Below the pieces are notes generated by a model, which made no database searches, was not told where the DNA came from, and was given only the letters and a program-made list of their open reading frames with translations. Made by a program: the position numbers and the translations under genes. A DNA stretch of 55,148 nucleotides from a virus (lineage: Duplodnaviria > Caudoviricetes), in the IMG/VR virus record IMGVR_UViG_3300032116_000256, positions 1-55,148 of that record. The stretch is one strand, 5' to 3'. Every line of letters starts with the position of its first letter. Positions within the stretch are counted from its first letter, which is position 1. Shown piece by piece: positions 7,010 to 16,029 of this stretch.

Positions 7010-7261
7010 TTAATTTAAAACCTGCTCTTGGGGTTGATTCTTTAGACGTTCACGCTCCCGATTAAGACGGCGCATTTGATTCTGATACTTGCGATCCTTC
7101 TTCTCGTCGTAATTAAGAGCAGCTTGAAACTCATCACGATACTTGGCAAGGATGAAGTTGTACGTCTTCATCGTGGAGGCGGCAACTGCCGCATCCGAAT
7201 ATCCGTTGAATGAATCAGCGGAACTACTAGGCAAGGGAGCGTTTTCGTCCATGTTAATCAA
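7010..7261 (-). CDS. Hypothetical protein
   Basis: ATGA-coupled to the upstream gene; basic C-terminal helix. Confidence 0.65.
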   Translation of the reverse strand: MINMDENAPLPSSSADSFNGYSDAAVAASTMKTYNFILAKYRDEFQAALNYDEKKDRKYQNQMRRLNRERERLKNQPQEQVLN

Positions 7262-7548
7262 ACAAAGGCTTGCTTGTCCTTGAAATACTTTTGGCAGCGG
7301 AATTTAAAAGCCTCGTAGCGTTCAAGCAACGACATTGGAATAGGAGCGGCACTGCACTTGCGAGACCGTTCATAAGCAATCTCGACTCCCCGCTTTGGAT
7401 CAAAACGATCTCCAAGTGAAAAATTGCAAAGCGACCAGCCTATGAAAACGGTCTCAGGCTGATGTTCATTAGCGACGGCGGCGAGAACGCCAATTCGCTG
7501 ATCCTTGTTGTCAAGGATGTAAACGTGGATTCCTTTTGGATTATTCAT
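7258..7548 (-). CDS. Conserved hypothetical phage protein
   Basis: IGWSLCN...DRFD..RGVEIAYER pattern; start reset to MNNPKG downstream of a TTGACG-17-TACCTT promoter. Confidence 0.7.
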   Translation of the reverse strand: MNNPKGIHVYILDNKDQRIGVLAAVANEHQPETVFIGWSLCNFSLGDRFDPKRGVEIAYERSRKCSAAPIPMSLLERYEAFKFRCQKYFKDKQAFV

Positions 7549-7600
7549 GATTGTGGTTGATGACTTGATGGCGGTAAGGTACTCGATGGTCAACGTTTCG

Positions 7601-8272
7601 TCAAGGGTTTTCTGTGAGAATTTTGTAGTCGAATTCAGTCAAATGATCATAATTACCAATTTTGTGACGAATCATGGAATTGAAAGCAAGACTAATTCTC
7701 TTTGTTGAGGCTTGATTTGATGGAACCGAATGAGGCAAGTAAGATGCAAACAACAACAAATCACCGTTTTTCAAAGAAACAGGATGAGAATTATCAGCGT
7801 ATTTTCTTTCAACTTTTGGATTAGGCTTAATGAACAATGGTGGCTGAATAATATTTTTTCCTGAACCAATATCTTGGTTCAGGCGATGAAAAAAAATAAT
7901 ATTATTTTTAAACTCTTCTACCTGTAAGTACAAAATTCCAGAAACAATTGAATTAGGATGCGTATGCAAGTGGGTGTGTTCTTTTGGGTGATTCCAATTT
8001 ACCCAGCTTTGAGTAATTCCGCATTCTCCATCAATAGCCATTTTACTTTCCATGAAATTCTGAGTCCGTTCACGAATGAAATCTTTTAAGTTTCTATAAC
8101 GCTCATCATTCAAGATGTACCTATTTGCACTAAAATGATGGGAGGCGCGATTATTTTTTTCGGATGGATTCAAGTCATCATTTTTTAATGAATTAAATTC
8201 ATCCATAAACGTTTCCCCAAGATTTATTTTAGATACGGGAACTGGGAAAAGATCAATAGTTTCAGCGGTCAT
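7601..8272 (-). CDS. 2OG-Fe(II) oxygenase (TIGR02466-like)
   Basis: SWVN, HTHPNSIVSGILYL, GDLLLFASYLPHSV and RISLAFN motifs. Confidence 0.85.
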   Translation of the reverse strand: MTAETIDLFPVPVSKINLGETFMDEFNSLKNDDLNPSEKNNRASHHFSANRYILNDERYRNLKDFIRERTQNFMESKMAIDGECGITQSWVNWNHPKEHTHLHTHPNSIVSGILYLQVEEFKNNIIFFHRLNQDIGSGKNIIQPPLFIKPNPKVERKYADNSHPVSLKNGDLLLFASYLPHSVPSNQASTKRISLAFNSMIRHKIGNYDHLTEFDYKILTENP

Positions 8273-8274
8273 AA

Positions 8275-8544
8275 TTAATTGTTTGTAAGTTTATTATACT
8301 TGTCTTCTGCATCTTGTCTAGCATTTGGCCCGCCATAATACCAGCCTTTTGTGCCGAAATCTTCATCCTTGGGCAAATATTCTGCGGGGTCAATTTTAAT
8401 TCCTTTAATTTCGTAACCGTTGTGTTTTTGAACCAACACAACTTCAAAGCCACCGCACTTGGAATACATTGCAACTTTGTCGGTGCGCTTGATCTGTTTC
8501 ATGGAATAACCATGATTTTTCATTTCAATTGGGAGCAGTTTCAT
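8275..8544 (-). CDS. Hypothetical phage protein
   Basis: Start reset to MKLLP (ATGA overlap); EYLP..EDFG..GW motif. Confidence 0.65.
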   Translation of the reverse strand: MKLLPIEMKNHGYSMKQIKRTDKVAMYSKCGGFEVVLVQKHNGYEIKGIKIDPAEYLPKDEDFGTKGWYYGGPNARQDAEDKYNKLTNN

Positions 8545-8741
8545 TTCAGTCGATTGTTGAATACTTTTGAACACTGTTTCAAGCCATTTACTTTGAGATG
8601 AGCGTAAGCCCACTTTAATTGAAAGTTACAATCTTTGCAAACGTAACCAACGTCAATGTCTTGGTAACATTCTTCTACGTTAGGATCAAACTGGTGCTCG
8701 CAGCACTGGCAAATAACGATTGCTGGCGCGCTCATTGCCAA
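8541..8741 (-). CDS. Small zinc-finger protein
   Basis: CQCC...VCKDC. Confidence 0.6.
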   Translation of the reverse strand: MAMSAPAIVICQCCEHQFDPNVEECYQDIDVGYVCKDCNFQLKWAYAHLKVNGLKQCSKVFNNRLK

Positions 8742-9085
8742 ATGCGATGCTTTTCAGCGATCCATTCATTGCCATCATATTCACACAAAATCCATTCTAC
8801 TTCAAATGGAATCTCAACCACTTTAACTGTGCAAAAGGTGCTGCTAAATCTTTCTGATCCAAGTTGCTCAAAAATTTCAATCATTATAGGATCGTCTCGC
8901 TTGAGATCGTGTTCGCTGAAGTATTCTCCATCAATATAAAAATAATACTTTTCATCGAAAAGGAATGAACGCCTTTCCTCTTTAGTGAAAGAGATCCCCT
9001 TTTTGGTAAGATAAAGCTCTTTAGCTTCATCACTAAGTCCAAAGCCACCGTAATCAGCGTTGATTAATATTTTGCGAGTTTTCAT
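8732..9085 (-). CDS. Conserved hypothetical phage protein
   Basis: YGGFGLS...RDDP...VVEIP...EYDGNEW pattern. Confidence 0.75.
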   Translation of the reverse strand: MKTRKILINADYGGFGLSDEAKELYLTKKGISFTKEERRSFLFDEKYYFYIDGEYFSEHDLKRDDPIMIEIFEQLGSERFSSTFCTVKVVEIPFEVEWILCEYDGNEWIAEKHRIWQ

Positions 9086-9089
9086 AATA

Positions 9090-9164
9090 TGGAGCCTCCA
9101 GTCGGATTCGAACCAACGACCTACAGTTTACAAAACTGTTGCACTACCACTGTGCTATAGAGGC
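9090..9164 (-). tRNA. tRNA-Thr(TGT)
   Basis: GCCTCTA/TGGAGGC acceptor, ACAGT-TTTGTAA-ACTGT, TCCA end. Confidence 0.92.
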
Positions 9165-9223
9165 GAGTTATTTTTTAATGAAATAATTTGGTTTGTTGAG
9201 CAAATGTATGGTCAGCAATATGA

Positions 9224-9252
9224 ATAATACGATGCTGAATAGCGACATTCAA
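9224..9252 (-). promoter_or_regulatory. sigma70-type promoter for tRNA-Thr and downstream genes
   Basis: TTGAAT-17-TATTAT. Confidence 0.55.
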
Positions 9253-9266
9253 GTGTAAAATAAAAC

Positions 9267-9530
9267 ATGGACAGTCCTCGTTTACTTCAAGCAGAGATTC
9301 ACAGTAATTTTAGCACAGTTTCTGGAGATTGGGCGGCGTACAAGACCCAAATAACTGGATTATATTCTGCAACTGGTTATGGTGCAAGTGGCAACGGAAC
9401 ATTCGGGGACTTCTCAGACCATTTGATTAGAGAATATAACGGAAAAATCATAGAGTTGGGTATGCCAACAGGACTGACAATCCAACCCTATGATGCCGGT
9501 TACAGATTAACTGGGATTAACCTGTCCTGA
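9267..9530 (+). CDS. Hypothetical, probably late or virion protein
   Basis: Lone plus-strand gene preceded by GTGTAA (9253-9258); rich in S/T-Gly. Confidence 0.65.
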   Translation: MDSPRLLQAEIHSNFSTVSGDWAAYKTQITGLYSATGYGASGNGTFGDFSDHLIREYNGKIIELGMPTGLTIQPYDAGYRLTGINLS

Positions 9531-9842
9531 TTCCTTGCTCTTGACGTAAGCTGACATAAGAACGCAGTAGTTCATAATATCAAGGATAGCGTCTTCGTAG
9601 CTTTCGTTTTTGACGGCGAGCTTGCCATCATTCGCGAAAGTTGAGAGTCGGGAAACCTTGTCAACGATCCTCACAAGGAACCCTTGCTCTGCGGAGCAAA
9701 CACCCATTGATTCGCATCGTTGGAAGTTTGCAAAGGGATTATCTCCCTTGCTGCCAGCATAATCATTGTTCTTCGCTCTCATAATGTCGAGTGCCTTGTT
9801 GGTCAACTCAGTATGGTGCGCGAACAGTTGCTCTCTGGTCAT
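9507..9842 (-). CDS. DUF1599 / nucleotide-modification-associated (MazG-like) protein
   Basis: KNNDYAG..DNPFANF...RIVDKVSRL...ESYEDAILDIMNY. Confidence 0.75.
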   Translation of the reverse strand: MTREQLFAHHTELTNKALDIMRAKNNDYAGSKGDNPFANFQRCESMGVCSAEQGFLVRIVDKVSRLSTFANDGKLAVKNESYEDAILDIMNYCVLMSAYVKSKESGQVNPS

Positions 9843-9850
9843 GTCGATTT

Positions 9851-10174
9851 TTAATTAATTGTTTTTAGTGCAGCGCGGAACTTATTCAGAACCGTATAGA
9901 ACTTAGTTTCCCTATCTGTAGGCTCTGGGATGATGGAGCGAACCATCTCTTTATCCTCACCAACAGTAGAGTGAACAATAACATAAGCGTCATCAGTGCG
10001 AGAACTCTCTTGAGAGAGGCATTGAAGCGCCCACGTTACTGAATTTTGCAGCGCAAGATCATAGAAGTTCACACAGCTTTTAAGTGAACCGTCTTGCTCA
10101 AGGCTCCAAATCTCAAACCAATTCAAGTTAGGCTTGATGTCTACGCTCAAAGGAGTAAATGTTTCTTCGTTCAT
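9851..10174 (-). CDS. Hypothetical protein
   Basis: TAATG-coupled ORF. Confidence 0.65.
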   Translation of the reverse strand: MNEETFTPLSVDIKPNLNWFEIWSLEQDGSLKSCVNFYDLALQNSVTWALQCLSQESSRTDDAYVIVHSTVGEDKEMVRSIIPEPTDRETKFYTVLNKFRAALKTIN

Positions 10175-10434
10175 TAGTTAGTGGGAGTGTGGAATTGCTT
10201 GGCGCGAGCCAGCATGAAATCGTGAATGAAGTGGCGAGTTTCCCTGTCGAGAAGTCGCCCATTCTCTTGAGGCAGTCCCTTGATGACCTCCTCAAAGTTC
10301 AGACCAAAAGCAAGGGCAAGACCCTTAATCTTTCGGTAGATACCGATTTCCTTGTACTTGAGTAGAGCAAATGCAACATCGAGTTCAGTCTCAGAAGCAT
10401 TCTCTAGCTTTTCAACGAGTGGATTTTTATTCAT
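10174..10434 (-). CDS. Hypothetical protein
   Basis: ORF directly downstream of rIIB. Confidence 0.65.
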   Translation of the reverse strand: MNKNPLVEKLENASETELDVAFALLKYKEIGIYRKIKGLALAFGLNFEEVIKGLPQENGRLLDRETRHFIHDFMLARAKQFHTPTN

Positions 10435-10440
10435 AATTAA

Positions 10441-11538
10441 TCAAAATGAGGGAACAATTGCTACCTGACTATAAGGAATTTCAGAACCATCTTCATTAGC
10501 AAGTTGGCTGTGATCGTAATTTAACTCTTCAACAGCAATTTGAAAAATTTGATCACTAGAAAGATCGTAGCCCTTCATGCGGCTCTGAATCTGCTTCACA
10601 GTAGGATATTCGCCAATTGAATGCTTGGTGTCGATGTAATTGCGAATCTTCAGCTTAATAAAGTCGTTTTCAACTTCATCGTCTGGAACTTCATCATCAG
10701 TTTCGGTATCGAAATTATAATCAGGACTATAGTCTGGATCATAATCATCACCAGCATTTTCATTGTAAATGGCATCAGGGATTTCCTTGCGCTCAGGAGT
10801 GATGTCGCTCAAGACACGATACTTTGAGACGCGCAGCTTCTGGAAATTACAATCAGTCGGCACGCTGACAGCATCAGCAGGGTCAACCTCAACCACAAGG
10901 AGACGCCCATCAGAACCAGCCCAATTATTTGCATAATCGTAGCTGCCAACGTGCAGACCAAAAGAGCAGTGATTTTCTTTGTTATCATCGACAGAGCGGC
11001 GAGCAACCTCAATCATTTCGCCAACACCATTATAAATGGAACCATTAGCGGCAACATTGCCGCGCACAACAACAGTATCCTTGTTGCCCTGCTTCGAATA
11101 AAAATCATTATTAACTCCCTTGTAGGCGAGGAACTTTCCATCAGCAGTGATGGGAAGACTCTTGTACGAAAGGAAAGTATAGAGTTCGTTGACTGAATTC
11201 GCAGAGGGATTCTGCATCAGACGGTCAATGAAGTTGAGCAGAGGCTCGGCATCCTTCGCCCCCTCCTTCAGCATGGCGAATAGCTTGTCCACCACAACGC
11301 CATGAACCTCAACGCCGCTGTGGAATAGCTTGCCATCATAAATGTCGATGGCTCCATGAGTCATGTTCTTGATCTTATTCTCAATCGTGATCAACTCAGG
11401 AATGAGATCGTACTGAGCGTCAAGGATAGCTTGGCGCAAGGAAGAGAAGTTCGGGTGCGAACTCTCAACGGTGTGCGGCTTGCCATCAACGAAAACGGTG
11501 ATGGAATTGTCGCGCATGATGTAGGCTGGCTTATTCAT
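10441..11538 (-). CDS. rIIB: rIIB-like protein
   Basis: NPS...ELY.FL....LPIT.DG.FLAYKGV...CSFGLHVG...V.VDP.D.VSVP.D...KLRV; adjacent to rIIA. Confidence 0.9.
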   Translation of the reverse strand: MNKPAYIMRDNSITVFVDGKPHTVESSHPNFSSLRQAILDAQYDLIPELITIENKIKNMTHGAIDIYDGKLFHSGVEVHGVVVDKLFAMLKEGAKDAEPLLNFIDRLMQNPSANSVNELYTFLSYKSLPITADGKFLAYKGVNNDFYSKQGNKDTVVVRGNVAANGSIYNGVGEMIEVARRSVDDNKENHCSFGLHVGSYDYANNWAGSDGRLLVVEVDPADAVSVPTDCNFQKLRVSKYRVLSDITPERKEIPDAIYNENAGDDYDPDYSPDYNFDTETDDEVPDDEVENDFIKLKIRNYIDTKHSIGEYPTVKQIQSRMKGYDLSSDQIFQIAVEELNYDHSQLANEDGSEIPYSQVAIVPSF

Positions 11539-11560
11539 AACTAGGATATATTATTGTGGT

Positions 11561-13672
11561 TTAGGACTTACGATTATCAACTAAATTAATGTAGTCAAGG
11601 AGAAGTTTAGCGGCACTTTTGACACCGTAGAAGGAACCGTAACGCCCCTCAAACAGTGCGAACATCATCGGATAAGACTGGTTGATTGTCAAGACTTCTT
11701 GCTTGATTTTTTCAGAAATTTTCGAGTCGAGAGTACAAATGTTACCATCGACGCAGTGGCGAGGAAAATCTCCCAAAACGTGAAACTCTTTGATTTGCTC
11801 TGGAGTGAAGCCATAGTCACCCATGTCGTCGCTTTTATTCCAAGCGTCGAAATAAACTGAAATCGGGTGATTGTCAGGCAAAGCTTTCCTCAGATCACTG
11901 AGGTGAGAAATCATAGGGAAAGAGCTTGTGCGAAATGACTTCTCCTCTTTGGCATTAAAAATTGATTTAAATTGAGCAATTGCCGCATTGAATTTGGGCA
12001 TGAGGGCATCATGCAAATTAATAGCGTGAGCGGGGAGATCAGTCCTATCCAAGACGCCATAAACATTGTCATAATTGATGCCAAAATGCTTTGCAATCTT
12101 CCAGATAGTTCTGAAGTCGTGCATCTGAAAGTTTTTGTGATCACCGAAAACAATATCGTAATTGTTGCCGCCGTTATGCTTGATGTCAACATAATAGAAA
12201 GGATCGCTAGGCATTGGAACCTTTTCCTTGAAACTGTAGCTGTAATGGCTGTTGGAAAAGATTTTGCGTACATTGTTGAACTCTTTACTCTTGGATGAAA
12301 CAGGAGTGAGTTTAGAAGCGAGGTGAATATGATCGCAAGAGTTATGCTTGTAAAGCAGTTTGCTTTCGGCGTCAGCAAGGGAAACTACATAGATTATCCC
12401 ATCGATTCCCTTGGAACTCATTAATCCATTAACGCGATCATGAATGTTTTTAACGTTATCATTGATAACGATACGCCAATTGTTTCCACCAGCATAAAAC
12501 ATCTTGGCACTGATAGTCTTTTGGACGTTCTGGGCCTTCTTTGACAACCGCACAAGATTGCGAGTGCTGCGAGACTTTTTGTAAATAGCCAACGGGACAA
12601 TCGGATCACCGTTGATTTTAATTACATTTTTATTGGCATCAGTGAAGTTATAATTAGCGTCGCAGCAAAGCGACTCAAGGTTATTGGAGCCGCTCAAAAG
12701 ATACAGCTTTTTGAAAAACTCTGCTGAGTCAGAAATCGCATCGATTTCTTTTTGAACTTGCGCTTTGATTTCCGTCTCCAACTTAGAGATGGCGCGAGCA
12801 ATGAAGTTCTTGGTCTGCGCGTTGTATTCTAGATTCTCGCGAGAGTGGTGCAGCGCAACCGAGCCAACTGGAAAGAAAAAGACGAAGAAATTAGAAAGGT
12901 AAGAGTTGGAGAATGCCTTGTAAATATTTGACGAGGCAATTGGATGATTCGCAAGATTGTCAAGATTCAGTGGGTAAGAAATGCCACCCATCACAATGAT
13001 AGGATCGGAGCGTCTGTTCCTCTCCATTCCCCAATCAGCGTTCTTAATCACCCACTCTGGGACCAAACGCGAAAAACCTTTGCAGACAAACCTCTCGTCA
13101 GAGAAGCGAATGACATTGTTGATTTCGCATTCGAAGTTGGAAATGTCCTCGCTTTTGATTGCAACAGAAATCTCAACGCCACTCGGCTCAGAAGTGGAAG
13201 TGTCAGAGAGCTTGGTGAAACGAGTGTCGCCATGCTCGTCAACATAAACAGAGATGACGATCTCAGTTCCATTGTGACGAGAACTAACCGTAAATGAATC
13301 AGTATACGACAGCGGAGCGAAACGACCAATGCCGAAACCGCCGATTGAATCGTTGTCGCTGCGCTTGGTTGAGCGACCATACTTGGTGTAGAGACCAAAG
13401 AGGTCAGACTCGGAAAGACCCGCGCCAAAGTCACGCACAACGAAAGTGGGACTCAGGCGAGTGGGAGCAGTGATCTCAACGTGACGGGACGAACCCTTGT
13501 TCGCGTCAACCGCATTGGCGATAGTTTCGCGTGCAGTTGCCAAGATGACATTGGAATAATTATTCCGCAAAAGCGACGAGATGTAGCGCATCTCATTCGC
13601 ATCAATGGTCGCGATTTCAGATTTGAAATCGTGAGATTCAACAACGTTTCGCTGGATGGATTTGACAATCAT
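11561..13672 (-). CDS. rIIA: rIIA-like protein (GHKL ATPase N-terminus)
   Basis: RETIANAVDA, VRDFGAGL, YGRSTK, IGGFGIG and SRENLEY motifs; start reset to MIVKS. Confidence 0.9.
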   Translation of the reverse strand: MIVKSIQRNVVESHDFKSEIATIDANEMRYISSLLRNNYSNVILATARETIANAVDANKGSSRHVEITAPTRLSPTFVVRDFGAGLSESDLFGLYTKYGRSTKRSDNDSIGGFGIGRFAPLSYTDSFTVSSRHNGTEIVISVYVDEHGDTRFTKLSDTSTSEPSGVEISVAIKSEDISNFECEINNVIRFSDERFVCKGFSRLVPEWVIKNADWGMERNRRSDPIIVMGGISYPLNLDNLANHPIASSNIYKAFSNSYLSNFFVFFFPVGSVALHHSRENLEYNAQTKNFIARAISKLETEIKAQVQKEIDAISDSAEFFKKLYLLSGSNNLESLCCDANYNFTDANKNVIKINGDPIVPLAIYKKSRSTRNLVRLSKKAQNVQKTISAKMFYAGGNNWRIVINDNVKNIHDRVNGLMSSKGIDGIIYVVSLADAESKLLYKHNSCDHIHLASKLTPVSSKSKEFNNVRKIFSNSHYSYSFKEKVPMPSDPFYYVDIKHNGGNNYDIVFGDHKNFQMHDFRTIWKIAKHFGINYDNVYGVLDRTDLPAHAINLHDALMPKFNAAIAQFKSIFNAKEEKSFRTSSFPMISHLSDLRKALPDNHPISVYFDAWNKSDDMGDYGFTPEQIKEFHVLGDFPRHCVDGNICTLDSKISEKIKQEVLTINQSYPMMFALFEGRYGSFYGVKSAAKLLLDYINLVDNRKS

Positions 13673-13696
13673 GGGAGCAATTTGATTTACAGGCAA

Positions 13697-13725
13697 AGAA
13701 TGCCACAGGGATCACTGTTCGTCAA
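13697..13725 (-). promoter_or_regulatory. sigma70-type promoter of rIIA
   Basis: TTGACG-17-CATTCT with extended TG. Confidence 0.5.
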
Positions 13726-13957
13726 CTACTTTTTCAAACTTTCTTTCGACAATTTTTAAAGTCTCTTCCCTCAACCAGTTACGCTCTTCTTCAGAAGCGT
13801 CGTCCACAGAGAGAGAAAACTCTCGCGAAGAAGAGAAAGTGGTGATTCGGAATTCTGCGGCAAACTTGAATTTCTTCAAGAACTCGCCATTCAAAATTTC
13901 GTAGAGCTTGTAAACTTCTGTTACGTTGATTGAAGAAAACAAAAGGATGCGATTCAT
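13712..13957 (-). CDS. Hypothetical protein
   Basis: Packed minus-strand ORF. Confidence 0.55.
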   Translation of the reverse strand: MNRILLFSSINVTEVYKLYEILNGEFLKKFKFAAEFRITTFSSSREFSLSVDDASEEERNWLREETLKIVERKFEKVVDEQ

Positions 13958-13967
13958 TTTAATTAAT

Positions 13968-14303
13968 TTAAATTGCGTGGGACTGCTTGAATACTTCCAC
14001 GAAGTTAGACTGTTTCAACAAGTGAATCCAGATTTTTCCATGCTCTTCGATGTAAGCGTCATCGTGACCTTCAGAGATGAGATGAGAAACCAGCTTGTCG
14101 TTGAAGATTAAATATTCTGGGCGCTTGTTTTTAAAATTAGGAACAATGCAGCCTATTAGATTACTTGCAACGATTTTATATCCGGTCAACTTTGTGGAAA
14201 GATCCTCCTTTTCAATATCCATGTCTTCTACGGAGAATTCGATGCCGAGTTCATTGAGCTTACTGACAATTTGGTCTCTAACCTTATTGATTTTTGTTTG
14301 CAT
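13968..14303 (-). CDS. Hypothetical protein
   Basis: Packed ORF; start at MQTKIN chosen to minimise overlap with uvsE. Confidence 0.55.
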   Translation of the reverse strand: MQTKINKVRDQIVSKLNELGIEFSVEDMDIEKEDLSTKLTGYKIVASNLIGCIVPNFKNKRPEYLIFNDKLVSHLISEGHDDAYIEEHGKIWIHLLKQSNFVEVFKQSHAI

Positions 14304-15189
14304 TGTTGAGGATGTGATAAATTGCATGGTCTTTGCCTTTGAGTTCTACGTCGAAGAATACAGGCTTGCCATAGTTATTGGGTGAATTGACGGGCATCAT
14401 AGCGTGTTTGCGCGTGTTGTCAATACCTTCTGAGTAATGAAACAAAGGAATTGTGGGCCAAGTGGAGTAGGCAAGGTGAAAATCTGCGGCGTCATCGTTA
14501 CCGTGATTGCAGAACTGACGATGCAGAGAATCGTAGGTAATTGGAATGCCAGCAGGGACAAAAAAATATTTGTGCAAGTTGGAGACGGACCAAGTGCCAC
14601 TGACGTTATCGTTCACCTCTAGAACAAGACGAGAGCGAACATTGGCTGGCAAGCGATTGAAGTTAGAAAGAAAACGGGCAGAGATAACAGCAGGGTCGCC
14701 GTCTTGACGGCAATGAATGTTGAGCGGTGAACGATAGTCAAGCGGAAGGTCGAGCAAGTCGAAAAGATCAGCGTGAGCAGTAAGGTCACGAATGCTGTTG
14801 GTGATGGCGGCGTCGTCGGTGCTGGTAAGAGTGATGAATTCTGAAGGATGCGCGGAGATGCGAACACCAGTGCGCTTGACGGTGGCGGCGATAGTGTCGA
14901 GAGCAGCGCGGAGGTCAGACCAATTGGGCAACTGGTCGAGACGAAGATTAACGTCAGGATGGTCGATGACAGGAGTAAGAGTGGACGACAAACGATAACC
15001 AGCAATGCCAGTGTCGGCACAGTGCTGAATGATGCGGTTGGTAACAACGAAGTTGTTGAGGATGCGGTCACTGAGAATGCGAATAGCGTCGGCACGAGGC
15101 AGCGACAAGAAACGAGTCAAGGTCATGGTCTGGAACTTGTGACCTTGCTCGGCAAGAACGTTGGAGATGCAGCAGAGTGCGAGTTGCAT
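14284..15189 (-). CDS. uvsE: UV damage endonuclease UvsE/UVDE
   Basis: YRLSS, RISAHPSEF, NIH, RLVLEVND, PITYDSLH, HYSE, HA and VELKGKD motifs. Confidence 0.92.
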   Translation of the reverse strand: MQLALCCISNVLAEQGHKFQTMTLTRFLSLPRADAIRILSDRILNNFVVTNRIIQHCADTGIAGYRLSSTLTPVIDHPDVNLRLDQLPNWSDLRAALDTIAATVKRTGVRISAHPSEFITLTSTDDAAITNSIRDLTAHADLFDLLDLPLDYRSPLNIHCRQDGDPAVISARFLSNFNRLPANVRSRLVLEVNDNVSGTWSVSNLHKYFFVPAGIPITYDSLHRQFCNHGNDDAADFHLAYSTWPTIPLFHYSEGIDNTRKHAMMPVNSPNNYGKPVFFDVELKGKDHAIYHILNNANKNQ

Positions 15190-15195
15190 GGTTCT

Positions 15196-15223
15196 ACTGT
15201 GACACAGAATGCACAGGCGTCAA
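15196..15223 (-). promoter_or_regulatory. Leaderless sigma70-type promoter of uvsE
   Basis: TTGACG-16-CACAGT, 6 nt before ATG. Confidence 0.5.
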
Positions 15224-15230
15224 GAGTTTT

Positions 15231-15755
15231 TTAAGATTTAAAATCTTTCATCCCAAACTTACCGTCTTTGAAGAAAGCAAGCGTCTTTGACATTTGATCT
15301 GCATTAACGCACCAATTATCCACTTGAGTATGTTTTTTATGATATTTTAATTGATCAAATTTTTTTCTTGAGATTGACCCAACGAATTCAACGGTAGTGT
15401 AATTCTTGTCGATTCTTGCCAGAATGTAAACCAAGGGATTTTTCTTTTGGTATTCTTCAAAAGGAATTTTTAATTCAATATCTTTATGGGGCCAAGTAGA
15501 AGCCTTAATCTCAACCCCATCAAAATCAATTTGATCTCCAAGATCATAGATATTGGTATCGATTTCTTGATCTGTTAAATCTGCGTAAGCGATTTCGACA
15601 GAGATACCGAGAATATGCCAATAACAGCGTTCTTTTTTAATTTTGAACCTGTCTCTATTGCGAAACGATTCGTGTTTTGCGTTGTTGCGAGTCATGCCAA
15701 GTTTTTCAGCAAGTTCACGCTGCTCCTTGGACAACTTATAAATATTATTAATCAT
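15231..15755 (-). CDS. Hypothetical protein, possible PD-(D/E)xK nuclease fold
   Basis: G...E.A...D..D.DF..VEIKAS pattern. Confidence 0.5.
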   Translation of the reverse strand: MINNIYKLSKEQRELAEKLGMTRNNAKHESFRNRDRFKIKKERCYWHILGISVEIAYADLTDQEIDTNIYDLGDQIDFDGVEIKASTWPHKDIELKIPFEEYQKKNPLVYILARIDKNYTTVEFVGSISRKKFDQLKYHKKHTQVDNWCVNADQMSKTLAFFKDGKFGMKDFKS

Positions 15756-16007
15756 TTAAATAGTAATGATTGTTTTGCTCACTGAATCGCCGCATTGACC
15801 GCACTTTGGCCCAACTTCATGCGAATCGTATTGAAAATGCTCCATGATTCCTTCAAACGCCATATGATTATTAAGGACATGCTCTTTCACCTTTGCGAGA
15901 ACATAATCAATAATTTTTGCTTTTTCTTCAGCAGGAAGATCGTGATATCGCTTCCCGTCCACAGAAAAATCATATGCGGTACACCCCTGACTGATCTCAA
16001 ATTTCAT
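15756..16007 (-). CDS. Hypothetical protein
   Basis: C-terminal CGQCGD; packed ORF. Confidence 0.6.
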   Translation of the reverse strand: MKFEISQGCTAYDFSVDGKRYHDLPAEEKAKIIDYVLAKVKEHVLNNHMAFEGIMEHFQYDSHEVGPKCGQCGDSVSKTIITI

Positions 16008-16029
16008 ACTTATTTGCGGTTAAGTTGTT

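Noticed and set aside
9168-9248. 26-aa hydrophobic ORF MSLFSIVLFILLTIHLLNKPNYFIKK
   Set aside because: Its ATG lies inside the -35 box of the TTGAAT-17-TATTAT promoter, so that promoter would not transcribe it; no other support.
10621-15234. Many alternative-frame and antisense ORFs over rIIA, rIIB and uvsE
   Set aside because: Shadow ORFs from GC-richer codon usage, fully overlapping genes with clear family motifs.
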